Below are positions 19,022 through 26,076 of a stretch of 49,485 bases of DNA, piece after piece; position 1 is the first letter of the stretch, and each line of letters begins with the position of its first letter. The notes below the pieces were generated by a model. The model did not search any database, was not told the origin of the DNA, and saw nothing but the letters and a program-made list of their open reading frames with translations. The DNA is from Candidatus Magasanikbacteria bacterium RIFCSPHIGHO2_02_FULL_48_18 (lineage in GTDB: Bacteria; Patescibacteriota; Patescibacteriia; Magasanikbacterales; UBA922): contig MFQC01000004.1 of the NCBI GenBank assembly GCA_001784285.1, positions 1-49,485 on the forward strand. The letters are read 5' to 3'. The position numbers were made by a program, and so were the translations under genes.

Positions 19022-19095
19022 TGGTGGACCGAGGGGGGATCGAACCCCAAAAACTGAGATAGCAAGCCCAGTCGTGGACCAACCACTCTCGGCCC
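19022..19095 (-). tRNA. Non-canonical tRNA-Ala(UGC)-like RNA, 74 nt, CCA encoded
   Basis: GGGCCGA GA GTGG-TTGGT-CCAC GA CTGGG-CTTGCTAT-CTCAG TTTT TGGGG-TTCGATC-CCCCC TCGGTCC A CCA. Cloverleaf with G3:U70, A73 and a TTCGA T-loop. Confidence 0.75.
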
Positions 19096-19111
19096 TTAGT
19101 CCACCAATAAA

Positions 19112-19140
19112 AGTATACTATATAGTTGACCTTTTGGCAC
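19112..19140 (-). promoter_or_regulatory. Putative promoter of the tRNA-like gene
   Basis: Minus strand GTGCCA, 17 nt spacer, TATACT (19117-12); predicted start near 19105. Confidence 0.45.
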
Positions 19141-19143
19141 TAG

Positions 19144-19214
19144 AAAAACCAAAAACCCCCTTGCGGGAGTTCTGGAATACGGAGTGGAACAGGTTCCACA
19201 CTGGAGCTTGCTAT
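19144..19214 (-). ncRNA. Putative small antisense RNA complementary to the tRNA-like RNA
   Basis: Consensus promoter upstream, no ORF, GUGGAA/UUCCAC hairpin, and a GCAA-capped terminator with U-tract. The 5' 33 nt align to the antisense of the tRNA D and anticodon arms. Confidence 0.65.
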
Positions 19215-19221
19215 AAAAATA

Positions 19222-19249
19222 ATTATATCACACAAAAATAGGATGTCAA
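19222..19249 (-). promoter_or_regulatory. Consensus sigma70 promoter of the small RNA
   Basis: Minus strand TTGACA (19249-44), 16 nt spacer, TATAAT (19227-22) with extended -10 TG. Confidence 0.75.
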
Positions 19250-19312
19250 ACGGTGGCGGCTCAAATTGTAAACAAACCAAATTCACAGTATACTGAATCC
19301 ACTCTTAATAAT

Positions 19313-19942
19313 ATGTCCGCTATGTCCTCCATCCCCAACATCCTCACCTTTCTCCACCGCGCCAACCAGCTCAAAACCATTATCCGGTACAAATCATCGC
19401 TGTCCAAAAACGGAGACACGGTTGCCGACCACTCCTGGCGCTTGGCGCTCATGGTTTTTGTAATCGGTGGTGAGCTACAAATCCCGGTCAACATTTCTCA
19501 TGCGATGAAATTGGCACTGCTACATGATTTGGCAGAGTTGGAAACAGACGATGTTGACGCCGTTGATGTTATAAAAAAGAAAGTGAAACTGGAAGACAAA
19601 CAAAAAAACGAAGCGGCAGCGATGAAACATATTGTAAAAGACATTTCCTTTGGGGGTGAAATTTTTGCCCTTTGGAACGAATACGAAAAACAACAAACCC
19701 TTGAAGCAAAGTTTGTGAAAGCGCTTGATAAAATTGAAGCGTTTCTTCACCTCGACGAAACCGGCACGAGCGTCTATATCCCAAAAGAATTTTATGCCGA
19801 CTACGCGGACGCCGCGGTCAATAGTTTTGATATTGCCTCAAAACATTTCCCGCCGCTCAAAGGCATCCTTGATCCAATCAAAACAGAGTTAAAACGAAAA
19901 TTTGAAGAAAATGGTGTGATGTGGGTGGAAAAAACGGCCTAA
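19313..19942 (+). CDS. HD-domain 5'-deoxynucleotidase-like phosphohydrolase (copy 2)
   Basis: LKTIIR...DTVADHSWR...LLHDLAE...EAKFVKALDKIE; paralogue of 16695..17318. Confidence 0.85.
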   Translation: MSAMSSIPNILTFLHRANQLKTIIRYKSSLSKNGDTVADHSWRLALMVFVIGGELQIPVNISHAMKLALLHDLAELETDDVDAVDVIKKKVKLEDKQKNEAAAMKHIVKDISFGGEIFALWNEYEKQQTLEAKFVKALDKIEAFLHLDETGTSVYIPKEFYADYADAAVNSFDIASKHFPPLKGILDPIKTELKRKFEENGVMWVEKTA

Positions 19943-20020
19943 ACCAATTTTTTTTACTATAGCAAAAGAACGGCGTCGGCCGTTTTTTGTTTTTTCCCCT
20001 TTATCTATGGAAAAGCAACC

Positions 20021-20049
20021 TTGTGCCCCCTCCAGGATTTTGGTACACT
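20021..20049 (+). promoter_or_regulatory. Promoter of the dTTP-synthesis operon
   Basis: TTGTGC, 17 nt spacer, TACACT with extended TG. Confidence 0.5.
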
Positions 20050-20077
20050 GCCCAAAGAATCCTAACCTCTTTGTTGT

Positions 20078-20554
20078 ATGCTCAAACCTCGCGACAACGC
20101 CATTTCTTGGGATGAGTGCTTTATGCGCATGTCCTATGTCATTGCCGACCGATCCAAAGACCCGAATACCCAGGTTGGCGCCGTGATTACGACACAAAAC
20201 AACGTTGCTGTTGGGATGGGATACAATGGCTTTCCAAAAAACGTGGACAACGACAAATTTCCCTGGGATCGCGACGGTGAATCGCTCAACACCAAATACC
20301 CCTATATAGTGCACGCCGAAGCAAACGCGATTTATAACGCAAACGCCAACACCGAAGGATGCAGACTGTATGTGAAACTCTTTCCTTGCAATGAGTGCGC
20401 AAAAGCGATTATCCAAAACGGCATCGTGGAAGTGGTGTACGAAAGCGACAAATACCGCGAACAGCCAAACTTTATCGCCGCGCGGCGCATGTTTGAAGCG
20501 GCCGGTGTCGAGTGCCGGCAATATATTTCCGAGTGGAGCAAAGAGAACGTATGA
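20078..20554 (+). CDS. dCMP deaminase
   Basis: SWDECFM, RSKDPNTQVGA, GYNG, HAEANA and PCNEC Zn motifs. Confidence 0.92.
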   Translation: MLKPRDNAISWDECFMRMSYVIADRSKDPNTQVGAVITTQNNVAVGMGYNGFPKNVDNDKFPWDRDGESLNTKYPYIVHAEANAIYNANANTEGCRLYVKLFPCNECAKAIIQNGIVEVVYESDKYREQPNFIAARRMFEAAGVECRQYISEWSKENV

Positions 20555-21102
20555 AAAAAATAATCTTTGGGTTTGCGGGACAAATGGCGAGCGGCAAAGG
20601 TACCGCTACGGCATATTTCAACACACGTCATGGCGCGAGTACCTATCGATTTTCCACCATGCTCCGCGACCTGTTGGATCGGCTTTACCTCCCCCAAAGC
20701 AGAGAAAACATGCAAGATATTTCGCGCATTATCCGAGAACAGTTTGGCGAAGAAACCTTGGCGCGCGTGATGGCCAAAGACGTTACAAACGACCCCGGTA
20801 ATCTCATTGTCATTGACGGCATCCGCAGGTCGGACGATGTGGCGCATCTTGTGGCACTTCCCGAATTTGTATTGGTTCACATTGTTGCGGATATTAAAAC
20901 ACGATACGAGCGGATTACCCATCGCGGTGAAAACAGCGATGATCAACAAAAAACCTTCGACGCATTCAAACACGATCACGAACAGGAAGCAGAACTCAAA
21001 ATTGCGAACGTGGCCCGTAGCGCACGGGAGACGGTTGACAATAACGGCACGTTTGAAGAGCTTTATGCGCAACTCGACCTGTTGCTTGAAAAATATTCAT
21101 AA
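20551..21102 (+). CDS. P-loop nucleotide monophosphate kinase-like protein
   Basis: GQMASGKGT Walker A, VIDGIR, RYER...RG; sits inside the deoxynucleotide operon. Confidence 0.75.
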   Translation: MKKIIFGFAGQMASGKGTATAYFNTRHGASTYRFSTMLRDLLDRLYLPQSRENMQDISRIIREQFGEETLARVMAKDVTNDPGNLIVIDGIRRSDDVAHLVALPEFVLVHIVADIKTRYERITHRGENSDDQQKTFDAFKHDHEQEAELKIANVARSARETVDNNGTFEELYAQLDLLLEKYS

Positions 21103-21107
21103 GCTCC

Positions 21108-21566
21108 ATGCGCATACACATAAAAAAACTGAAATCCGACGCCATTATCCCCTCCTATGGCCACCCGGGCGACATCGGCCTTGATTTGTATTCTTTGGAA
21201 GATTACACCCTCCAACCCGGAGAACGCCATGTGTTTTTTCATGGATTTGCCATGGAATTCCCGGAAGGATACGGCGCGATTGTCAAAGACAAAGGCGGCC
21301 CATCCGGAAAATTTGGCGTTGCCACGATTGGCGGCGTCTTTGACGCCGGTTACCGCGGCGAATACAACTCGTGTCTTATCAATCTTGGAGACGAACCGTT
21401 CCCTGTCAAAAAAGGACAAAAAATCGCCCAACTCATCGTGATCCCCGTCGTTATTGCGACGTTTGAAGAAGTGGACGAATTATCCGACAGCGCGCGCGGC
21501 GACGGCAAATACGGCAGTACCGGCATTTTCCACAATTCCTCTGTAGGGTATGAAGCACTGTCGTAA
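21108..21566 (+). CDS. dut: Trimeric dUTPase
   Basis: GLDL, GVFDAGYRGE, IAQL, RGDGKYGSTG; motif II is atypical. Confidence 0.87.
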   Translation: MRIHIKKLKSDAIIPSYGHPGDIGLDLYSLEDYTLQPGERHVFFHGFAMEFPEGYGAIVKDKGGPSGKFGVATIGGVFDAGYRGEYNSCLINLGDEPFPVKKGQKIAQLIVIPVVIATFEEVDELSDSARGDGKYGSTGIFHNSSVGYEALS

Positions 21567-21586
21567 AAAAATCCTGTCAAGCCTCT

Positions 21587-22459
21587 ATGCAATCATATTT
21601 ACAGATCGTCAAAAAAATTCTTGATGAAGGAGAACAAAAATCCGACCGTACCGGCACGGGAACGCGGAGCATTTCCGGCGTTCTGTTTGAGCATGACATG
21701 AAAAACGGCTTCCCGCTTCTTATCACAAAAAAAATGCCATTCAAATTGATCGCGACAGAATTGGAATTTTTTCTGAAAGGCAAAACCGACAAACAGTGGC
21801 TCCAGGAGCGGAACAACCATATTTGGGACGAATGGTGCAACCCAAAAAAAGTGCCATACGCCCATGATGAAGAGACAAAACAACGCATGGCCAAAGAGAG
21901 AGATCTCGGCGCGGTCTATGGATTTCAATGGCGGCACTTTAACGCTCCCTACGATAGTTTTGATACGGATTATGCCGACAAAGGCGTTGACCAATTAAAA
22001 AGACTCGTGGATACCCTCAAAACCAACCCATCCGATCGTCGCATGCTGGTCTCCGCGTGGAATCCGTGTATGCTGAACCAAATGGCACTGCCGCCGTGCC
22101 ATTATTGCTTCCAGGTGACCGTGACGAATAACCGGCTCAATCTTCTATGGAATCAGCGTTCGGTTGACGTCATGCTTGGATTGCCGTTTAATATCGCAAG
22201 TTACGCGCTACTCCTGCACCTTCTTGCAAAAAAATCCGGATTTGAGGAAGGCCGTCTGGTAGGTTTTTTGGGCGACACGCATATATACGATAACCACATT
22301 AATGGCGCCAAAGAGCAGCTCACGCGCAATCCTCATACCTATCCGTTGCCAAAAATTCAAACCGAACCGTTTACCTCAATCTTTGATTGGGAAGCCCCCC
22401 AAAGCACCATTATAAACTACCAAAGCTACCCGCGCATTGTGTTGCCCATTGCGGTATAA
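21587..22459 (+). CDS. thyA: Thymidylate synthase
   Basis: DRTGTGT, IWDEW, YGFQWR, LPPCH, QRSVD, GLPFNIASY, DTHIY. Confidence 0.96.
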   Translation: MQSYLQIVKKILDEGEQKSDRTGTGTRSISGVLFEHDMKNGFPLLITKKMPFKLIATELEFFLKGKTDKQWLQERNNHIWDEWCNPKKVPYAHDEETKQRMAKERDLGAVYGFQWRHFNAPYDSFDTDYADKGVDQLKRLVDTLKTNPSDRRMLVSAWNPCMLNQMALPPCHYCFQVTVTNNRLNLLWNQRSVDVMLGLPFNIASYALLLHLLAKKSGFEEGRLVGFLGDTHIYDNHINGAKEQLTRNPHTYPLPKIQTEPFTSIFDWEAPQSTIINYQSYPRIVLPIAV

Positions 22460-22473
22460 AAATAAAAACGCGT

Positions 22474-22944
22474 ATGATTACTCTCGTCGCCGCCATCGCT
22501 CAAAATAATTGCATTGGCAAAAATGGAGAAATCCCCTGGCATATTCCGGAGGATTTTAAACGCATGCAAGAAATAACAAAAGGGAAAGTTCTTATTATGG
22601 GCAGAAAAACGTGGGAGTCAATACCGGAAAAACGCCGGCCACTTCCGGAACGAAAAAATATCGTCATTACTCGGGACGTCAATTATCCACTTCCACCCAA
22701 CGTGGAACACTATGCCACGATTGAAAAAGCGCTGGAGGCGCACCCCGGTGAAGATATTGTCGGCTTTGGCGGACAAAAAATTTATGAAGAGATGATGCCG
22801 ATGGCTGATGTATTAGACATCACTCATGTCAACCAAACTATTGAAAACGGCGCCGCATTTTTTCCTGCTATTGATCCTGCTGTCTGGAAAGAATCCTGGC
22901 GAGAGGACCACGAGGGATTTTCTTTTGTACGCTATGCACGGTAA
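22474..22944 (+). CDS. folA: Dihydrofolate reductase
   Basis: IGKNGEIPWHIPED, MGRKTWESI, RPLPERKNIVITR, GG. Confidence 0.94.
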   Translation: MITLVAAIAQNNCIGKNGEIPWHIPEDFKRMQEITKGKVLIMGRKTWESIPEKRRPLPERKNIVITRDVNYPLPPNVEHYATIEKALEAHPGEDIVGFGGQKIYEEMMPMADVLDITHVNQTIENGAAFFPAIDPAVWKESWREDHEGFSFVRYAR

Positions 22945-23548
22945 ACTCATTGTCATCTACGGCATCAACAACCTCGGCAAAAGCACCCAGGCGAGACTAT
23001 TGGTCGAGCGTTTACAGCGAGAAGGGCACAAAACCCAATATCTGAAATACCCCATTTACGATCTCGCGCCGTCCGGCCACATGCTCAATCAATATCTGCG
23101 CGAAGATAATCCGTTTGGGCTCTCGGCACGCGAAGCCCAACTTTTGTATGTGCTCAATCGGACACAGGCAGAGCCGGCAATCAAAAAGAAACTCAAAGAA
23201 GGAATCCATATTGTCGCGGAAGACTATATCGGCACCGGACTCGCGTGGGGAATCGGCGCGGGCGTTGACGAAGCATTCATGAAAGACATCAATAGCCATC
23301 TTCTCAAAGAAGACCTAGTCTTTTTATTTAAGGGAGAACGATTTGTAAGCGCAACCGAAACGAATCATAAACACGAAAGCGATCAAGCGCTTCTTGAATG
23401 TGTTGCCGGTGTGCACGAGAGGCTTGGCAAAGAATATGGATGGATCGAAATAGCGGCCAATGACCCGATTGAAACCATCGCAGAAACGCTATGGGCGACC
23501 GTACGCAAAACATTGGAACAGGCCGTTCACGGACAGGTAATGTTGTAA
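22934..23548 (+). CDS. tmk: Thymidylate kinase-like protein
   Basis: N-terminal P-loop GKSTQ, KYP, LLYVLNR; follows thyA-folA; motifs are divergent. Confidence 0.7.
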   Translation: MHGKLIVIYGINNLGKSTQARLLVERLQREGHKTQYLKYPIYDLAPSGHMLNQYLREDNPFGLSAREAQLLYVLNRTQAEPAIKKKLKEGIHIVAEDYIGTGLAWGIGAGVDEAFMKDINSHLLKEDLVFLFKGERFVSATETNHKHESDQALLECVAGVHERLGKEYGWIEIAANDPIETIAETLWATVRKTLEQAVHGQVML

Positions 23549-23614
23549 CAAACGTGTTTTATTGCTATACTTTCCGTGCAATAAGCTATTATTTCATCTT
23601 TAATAAATATCCGT

Positions 23615-24370
23615 ATGCTCATCTCCACCAAAGATATCATCGTGCAAAGCATCCATCTCTACCAAAAAAATTATAAACTCTTTTTTCGATACTTGGGCCT
23701 TTTGGCCATACCCACGGTGTTTCTCACGCTTCTTGGTTTTCTGTTCAAATTGAGTTCTCCAGAACGATTTTGGACCAACATCATTATTTTTCTTGCACTT
23801 TCGATCGCCGTCTATATCGTGAGCTTATGGTTGAGCTTGGCCTTAACCCGGGTTATTGCGCTTCGACAAGAGCAAAAACAGCCGCAAGATATTCCTTCCG
23901 AACTGAAATTTGCATCCTCCATTTTGGGAACCGCGATTGCGGTGTCGCTGTTGATTGGTATTATTGTTCTTGGCGGCATTATCCTCTTTCTTATTCCGGG
24001 TATTATTTTTGCCATTTGGTTTGCCTTTTCTCTCTACGCAGTTATCCTCGACAACCAAAAAGCAATCCCCGCGCTCAAAACCAGCAAACATCTGGTTTCA
24101 GGACGGTTGGGAGCGGTGTTTGTCCGTCTGCTTGTCCCCAACCTTCTTTTTGGCATTGTGCTTCTCGCTTTTCAATATATTATCCAGCTTCCGCTCACAT
24201 CTCTCTCAGAAGCAATATTTTCTTCCCAAACCGGCATCTTCGCAGGGACATTGGCCGCGGCCGCTCTTGGGTCAGTCGCTGGCTTGTTTCTTACCCCGCT
24301 CAGCATTGCGGCGCCCGTCATACTGTATATGAATCTTCAAAAAAATCCTATCGAAAAAACCAATGCATAA
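23615..24370 (+). CDS. Integral membrane protein (GDPD membrane-domain-like)
   Basis: About 5-6 TM helices; LFLIPGIIFAIWF...ALKTSKHLVSGR pattern. Confidence 0.7.
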   Translation: MLISTKDIIVQSIHLYQKNYKLFFRYLGLLAIPTVFLTLLGFLFKLSSPERFWTNIIIFLALSIAVYIVSLWLSLALTRVIALRQEQKQPQDIPSELKFASSILGTAIAVSLLIGIIVLGGIILFLIPGIIFAIWFAFSLYAVILDNQKAIPALKTSKHLVSGRLGAVFVRLLVPNLLFGIVLLAFQYIIQLPLTSLSEAIFSSQTGIFAGTLAAAALGSVAGLFLTPLSIAAPVILYMNLQKNPIEKTNA

Positions 24371-25925
24371 TGTCTATACCCCTATCATCGGCATGGAAGT
24401 ACATGTTGAGCTCAAAACCAAGAGCAAAATGTTTTGTTCGTGCGTCAACGACCCCGAAGCCAAAGAGCCAAATACAACCATATGCCCCATATGTCTTGCA
24501 CATCCCGGGACGCTCCCCGTTCCCAATCGCGACGCGATTGTCCGGACGGTATTGATTGGCAAAGCGCTTTCATGCGATATCCGATCGCTGTCAAAATTTG
24601 ACCGCAAGCATTATTTTTATCCCGACCTTCCGAAGGCGTACCAAATTTCACAATACGACGAACCCATTGCCGAGCACGGAACCATCCTCCTCAAATTTCC
24701 TTTGGAAGACAACGCGCGGGATGAGGCGAAGATTGGAATATGCCGCGTTCATCTCGAAGAAGACACGGCAAAACTGCTTCACGGGACAGATGGCATGACA
24801 CTGGTTGATTTCAATCGCGCCGGCGTCCCGCTCGTGGAAATTGTCACGGATCCTGATTTTCAATCCGCAACAGAAGCCAAAATCTATTGTCAGGAACTGC
24901 GTCTCCTTTTCCGTGCGCTTGGCGTGAGCGACGCGGATATGGAAAAAGGACACATGCGATGCGAAGCCAATGTCTCTGTCCAAAAGGCAGGAACGTTTGA
25001 CATAGTGGATGGAGCAGTCAAACCCCGACGGGCATGCATCCTCAACAACAAAGTCGAACTCAAAAATCTGAATTCTTTCCGCGCGGTTGAAAAAGCCATT
25101 CTCTATGAAATAGAACGCCAAACCGCGCTCGCTGAATCCGGAGAAACATGGGAACAGCAAACGCGCGGCTGGGACGACGCGAAAGGAGAAACCGTGCTCC
25201 AGCGGCTGAAAGAAAATGCGAATGATTACCGATATTTCCCCGAACCAGACATTCCCCCGTTTGAACCGCTTCAGATCGCAGGACACTGCAATCTCCCCGA
25301 ATTACCCCAGGCAAAACGGGAACGCTTTCATGAGGAATACGGCTTTTCCTATGCAGACGCGATGATATTGACCCAAGACGCTGTCTGGGCCGATTTTACA
25401 GAAGCCGTTATGAGTGAACTCGTTGATTGGCTTCATAGCCTTCCGGGAGATACGCAAGAAATGGACAGTATTCAAGAACAAAAGAAAAACAAAATTGCGC
25501 GCCTCGCGGCCGGATGGCTCACGACCAAACTGATGGGATTTTTGAACGAACAGGGAAAAACCATTTCTGATGTCCGCTGCAGTCCTGAAAATTTTGCCGA
25601 ACTGATTGCGCTCCTCTATTCCGGGCGAGTCAACGCAACCAATGGATACAAAATTCTTGTGATCATGGCCTCGTCCGGCACTGATAAAGACCCAACGCAC
25701 ATTATGGAAGAAAAAGGATACGGACAAATTTCTGATATAGAAGCGCTGGGCTCGGTCATCGATGAAGTCATCCAAAATCATCCAGTCCAGGTTCAGCAAT
25801 GGAAGGACGGAAAAGAGCCGATCCTGAAATTTTTGATTGGGATGGTGATGAAAGCGACCGAGGGCGGCGCGGATCCAACAGCGGTGGAAAAAATATTGAG
25901 AGAAACATTGTCTGAAAAGCCATAG
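24363..25925 (+). CDS. gatB: Asp/Glu-tRNA amidotransferase subunit B
   Basis: IGMEVHVEL, FDRKHYFYPDLPK, HLEED, DFNRAGVPLVEIVT, DYRYFPEPD. Confidence 0.96.
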   Translation: MHNVYTPIIGMEVHVELKTKSKMFCSCVNDPEAKEPNTTICPICLAHPGTLPVPNRDAIVRTVLIGKALSCDIRSLSKFDRKHYFYPDLPKAYQISQYDEPIAEHGTILLKFPLEDNARDEAKIGICRVHLEEDTAKLLHGTDGMTLVDFNRAGVPLVEIVTDPDFQSATEAKIYCQELRLLFRALGVSDADMEKGHMRCEANVSVQKAGTFDIVDGAVKPRRACILNNKVELKNLNSFRAVEKAILYEIERQTALAESGETWEQQTRGWDDAKGETVLQRLKENANDYRYFPEPDIPPFEPLQIAGHCNLPELPQAKRERFHEEYGFSYADAMILTQDAVWADFTEAVMSELVDWLHSLPGDTQEMDSIQEQKKNKIARLAAGWLTTKLMGFLNEQGKTISDVRCSPENFAELIALLYSGRVNATNGYKILVIMASSGTDKDPTHIMEEKGYGQISDIEALGSVIDEVIQNHPVQVQQWKDGKEPILKFLIGMVMKATEGGADPTAVEKILRETLSEKP

Positions 25926-25959
25926 AGAAGTTTGTCCACAGCCTGCCAAAAAATACGAT

Positions 25960-25988
25960 TTGCGGGCCAATGATATGTATGGTACACT
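25960..25988 (+). promoter_or_regulatory. Promoter of the pyr operon
   Basis: TTGCGG (25960-65), 17 nt spacer, TACACT (25983-88) with extended TG. Confidence 0.55.
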
Positions 25989-25998
25989 CCCACACAAT

Positions 25999-26074
25999 AT
26001 GCGTGTTGCAAAACCAAAAACAATCACACCATTTTGTATACAACGGCCACTCCGATGAGGAGTGGTGTTTTTTT
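25999..26074 (+). promoter_or_regulatory. pyrL-like attenuator: 19-aa leader ORF (25999..26058) plus terminator
   Basis: MRVAKPKTITPFCIQRPLR* ends in the loop of CCACTCC-GATGA-GGAGTGG, followed by T7 ending 2 nt before the pyrB ATG. Confidence 0.6.
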
Positions 26075-26076
26075 CT

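Noticed and set aside
19022-19095. tmRNA gene or tmRNA fragment
   Set aside because: It shares G3:U70 and a similar 3' end, but the acceptor halves are only 74 nt apart, with D and anticodon arms and no tag-reading frame or pseudoknot region.
19117-19126. NrdR box (ACTATATAGT)
   Set aside because: It is shorter than the 16-bp consensus, single rather than tandem, and not directly upstream of a nucleotide-metabolism gene start.
20078-23548. Phage-type modified-base pathway (dCMP/dUMP hydroxymethylase)
   Set aside because: ThyA keeps canonical PPCH, QRSxD and PFN (Asn for dUMP) and is paired with DHFR; no phage genes are nearby.
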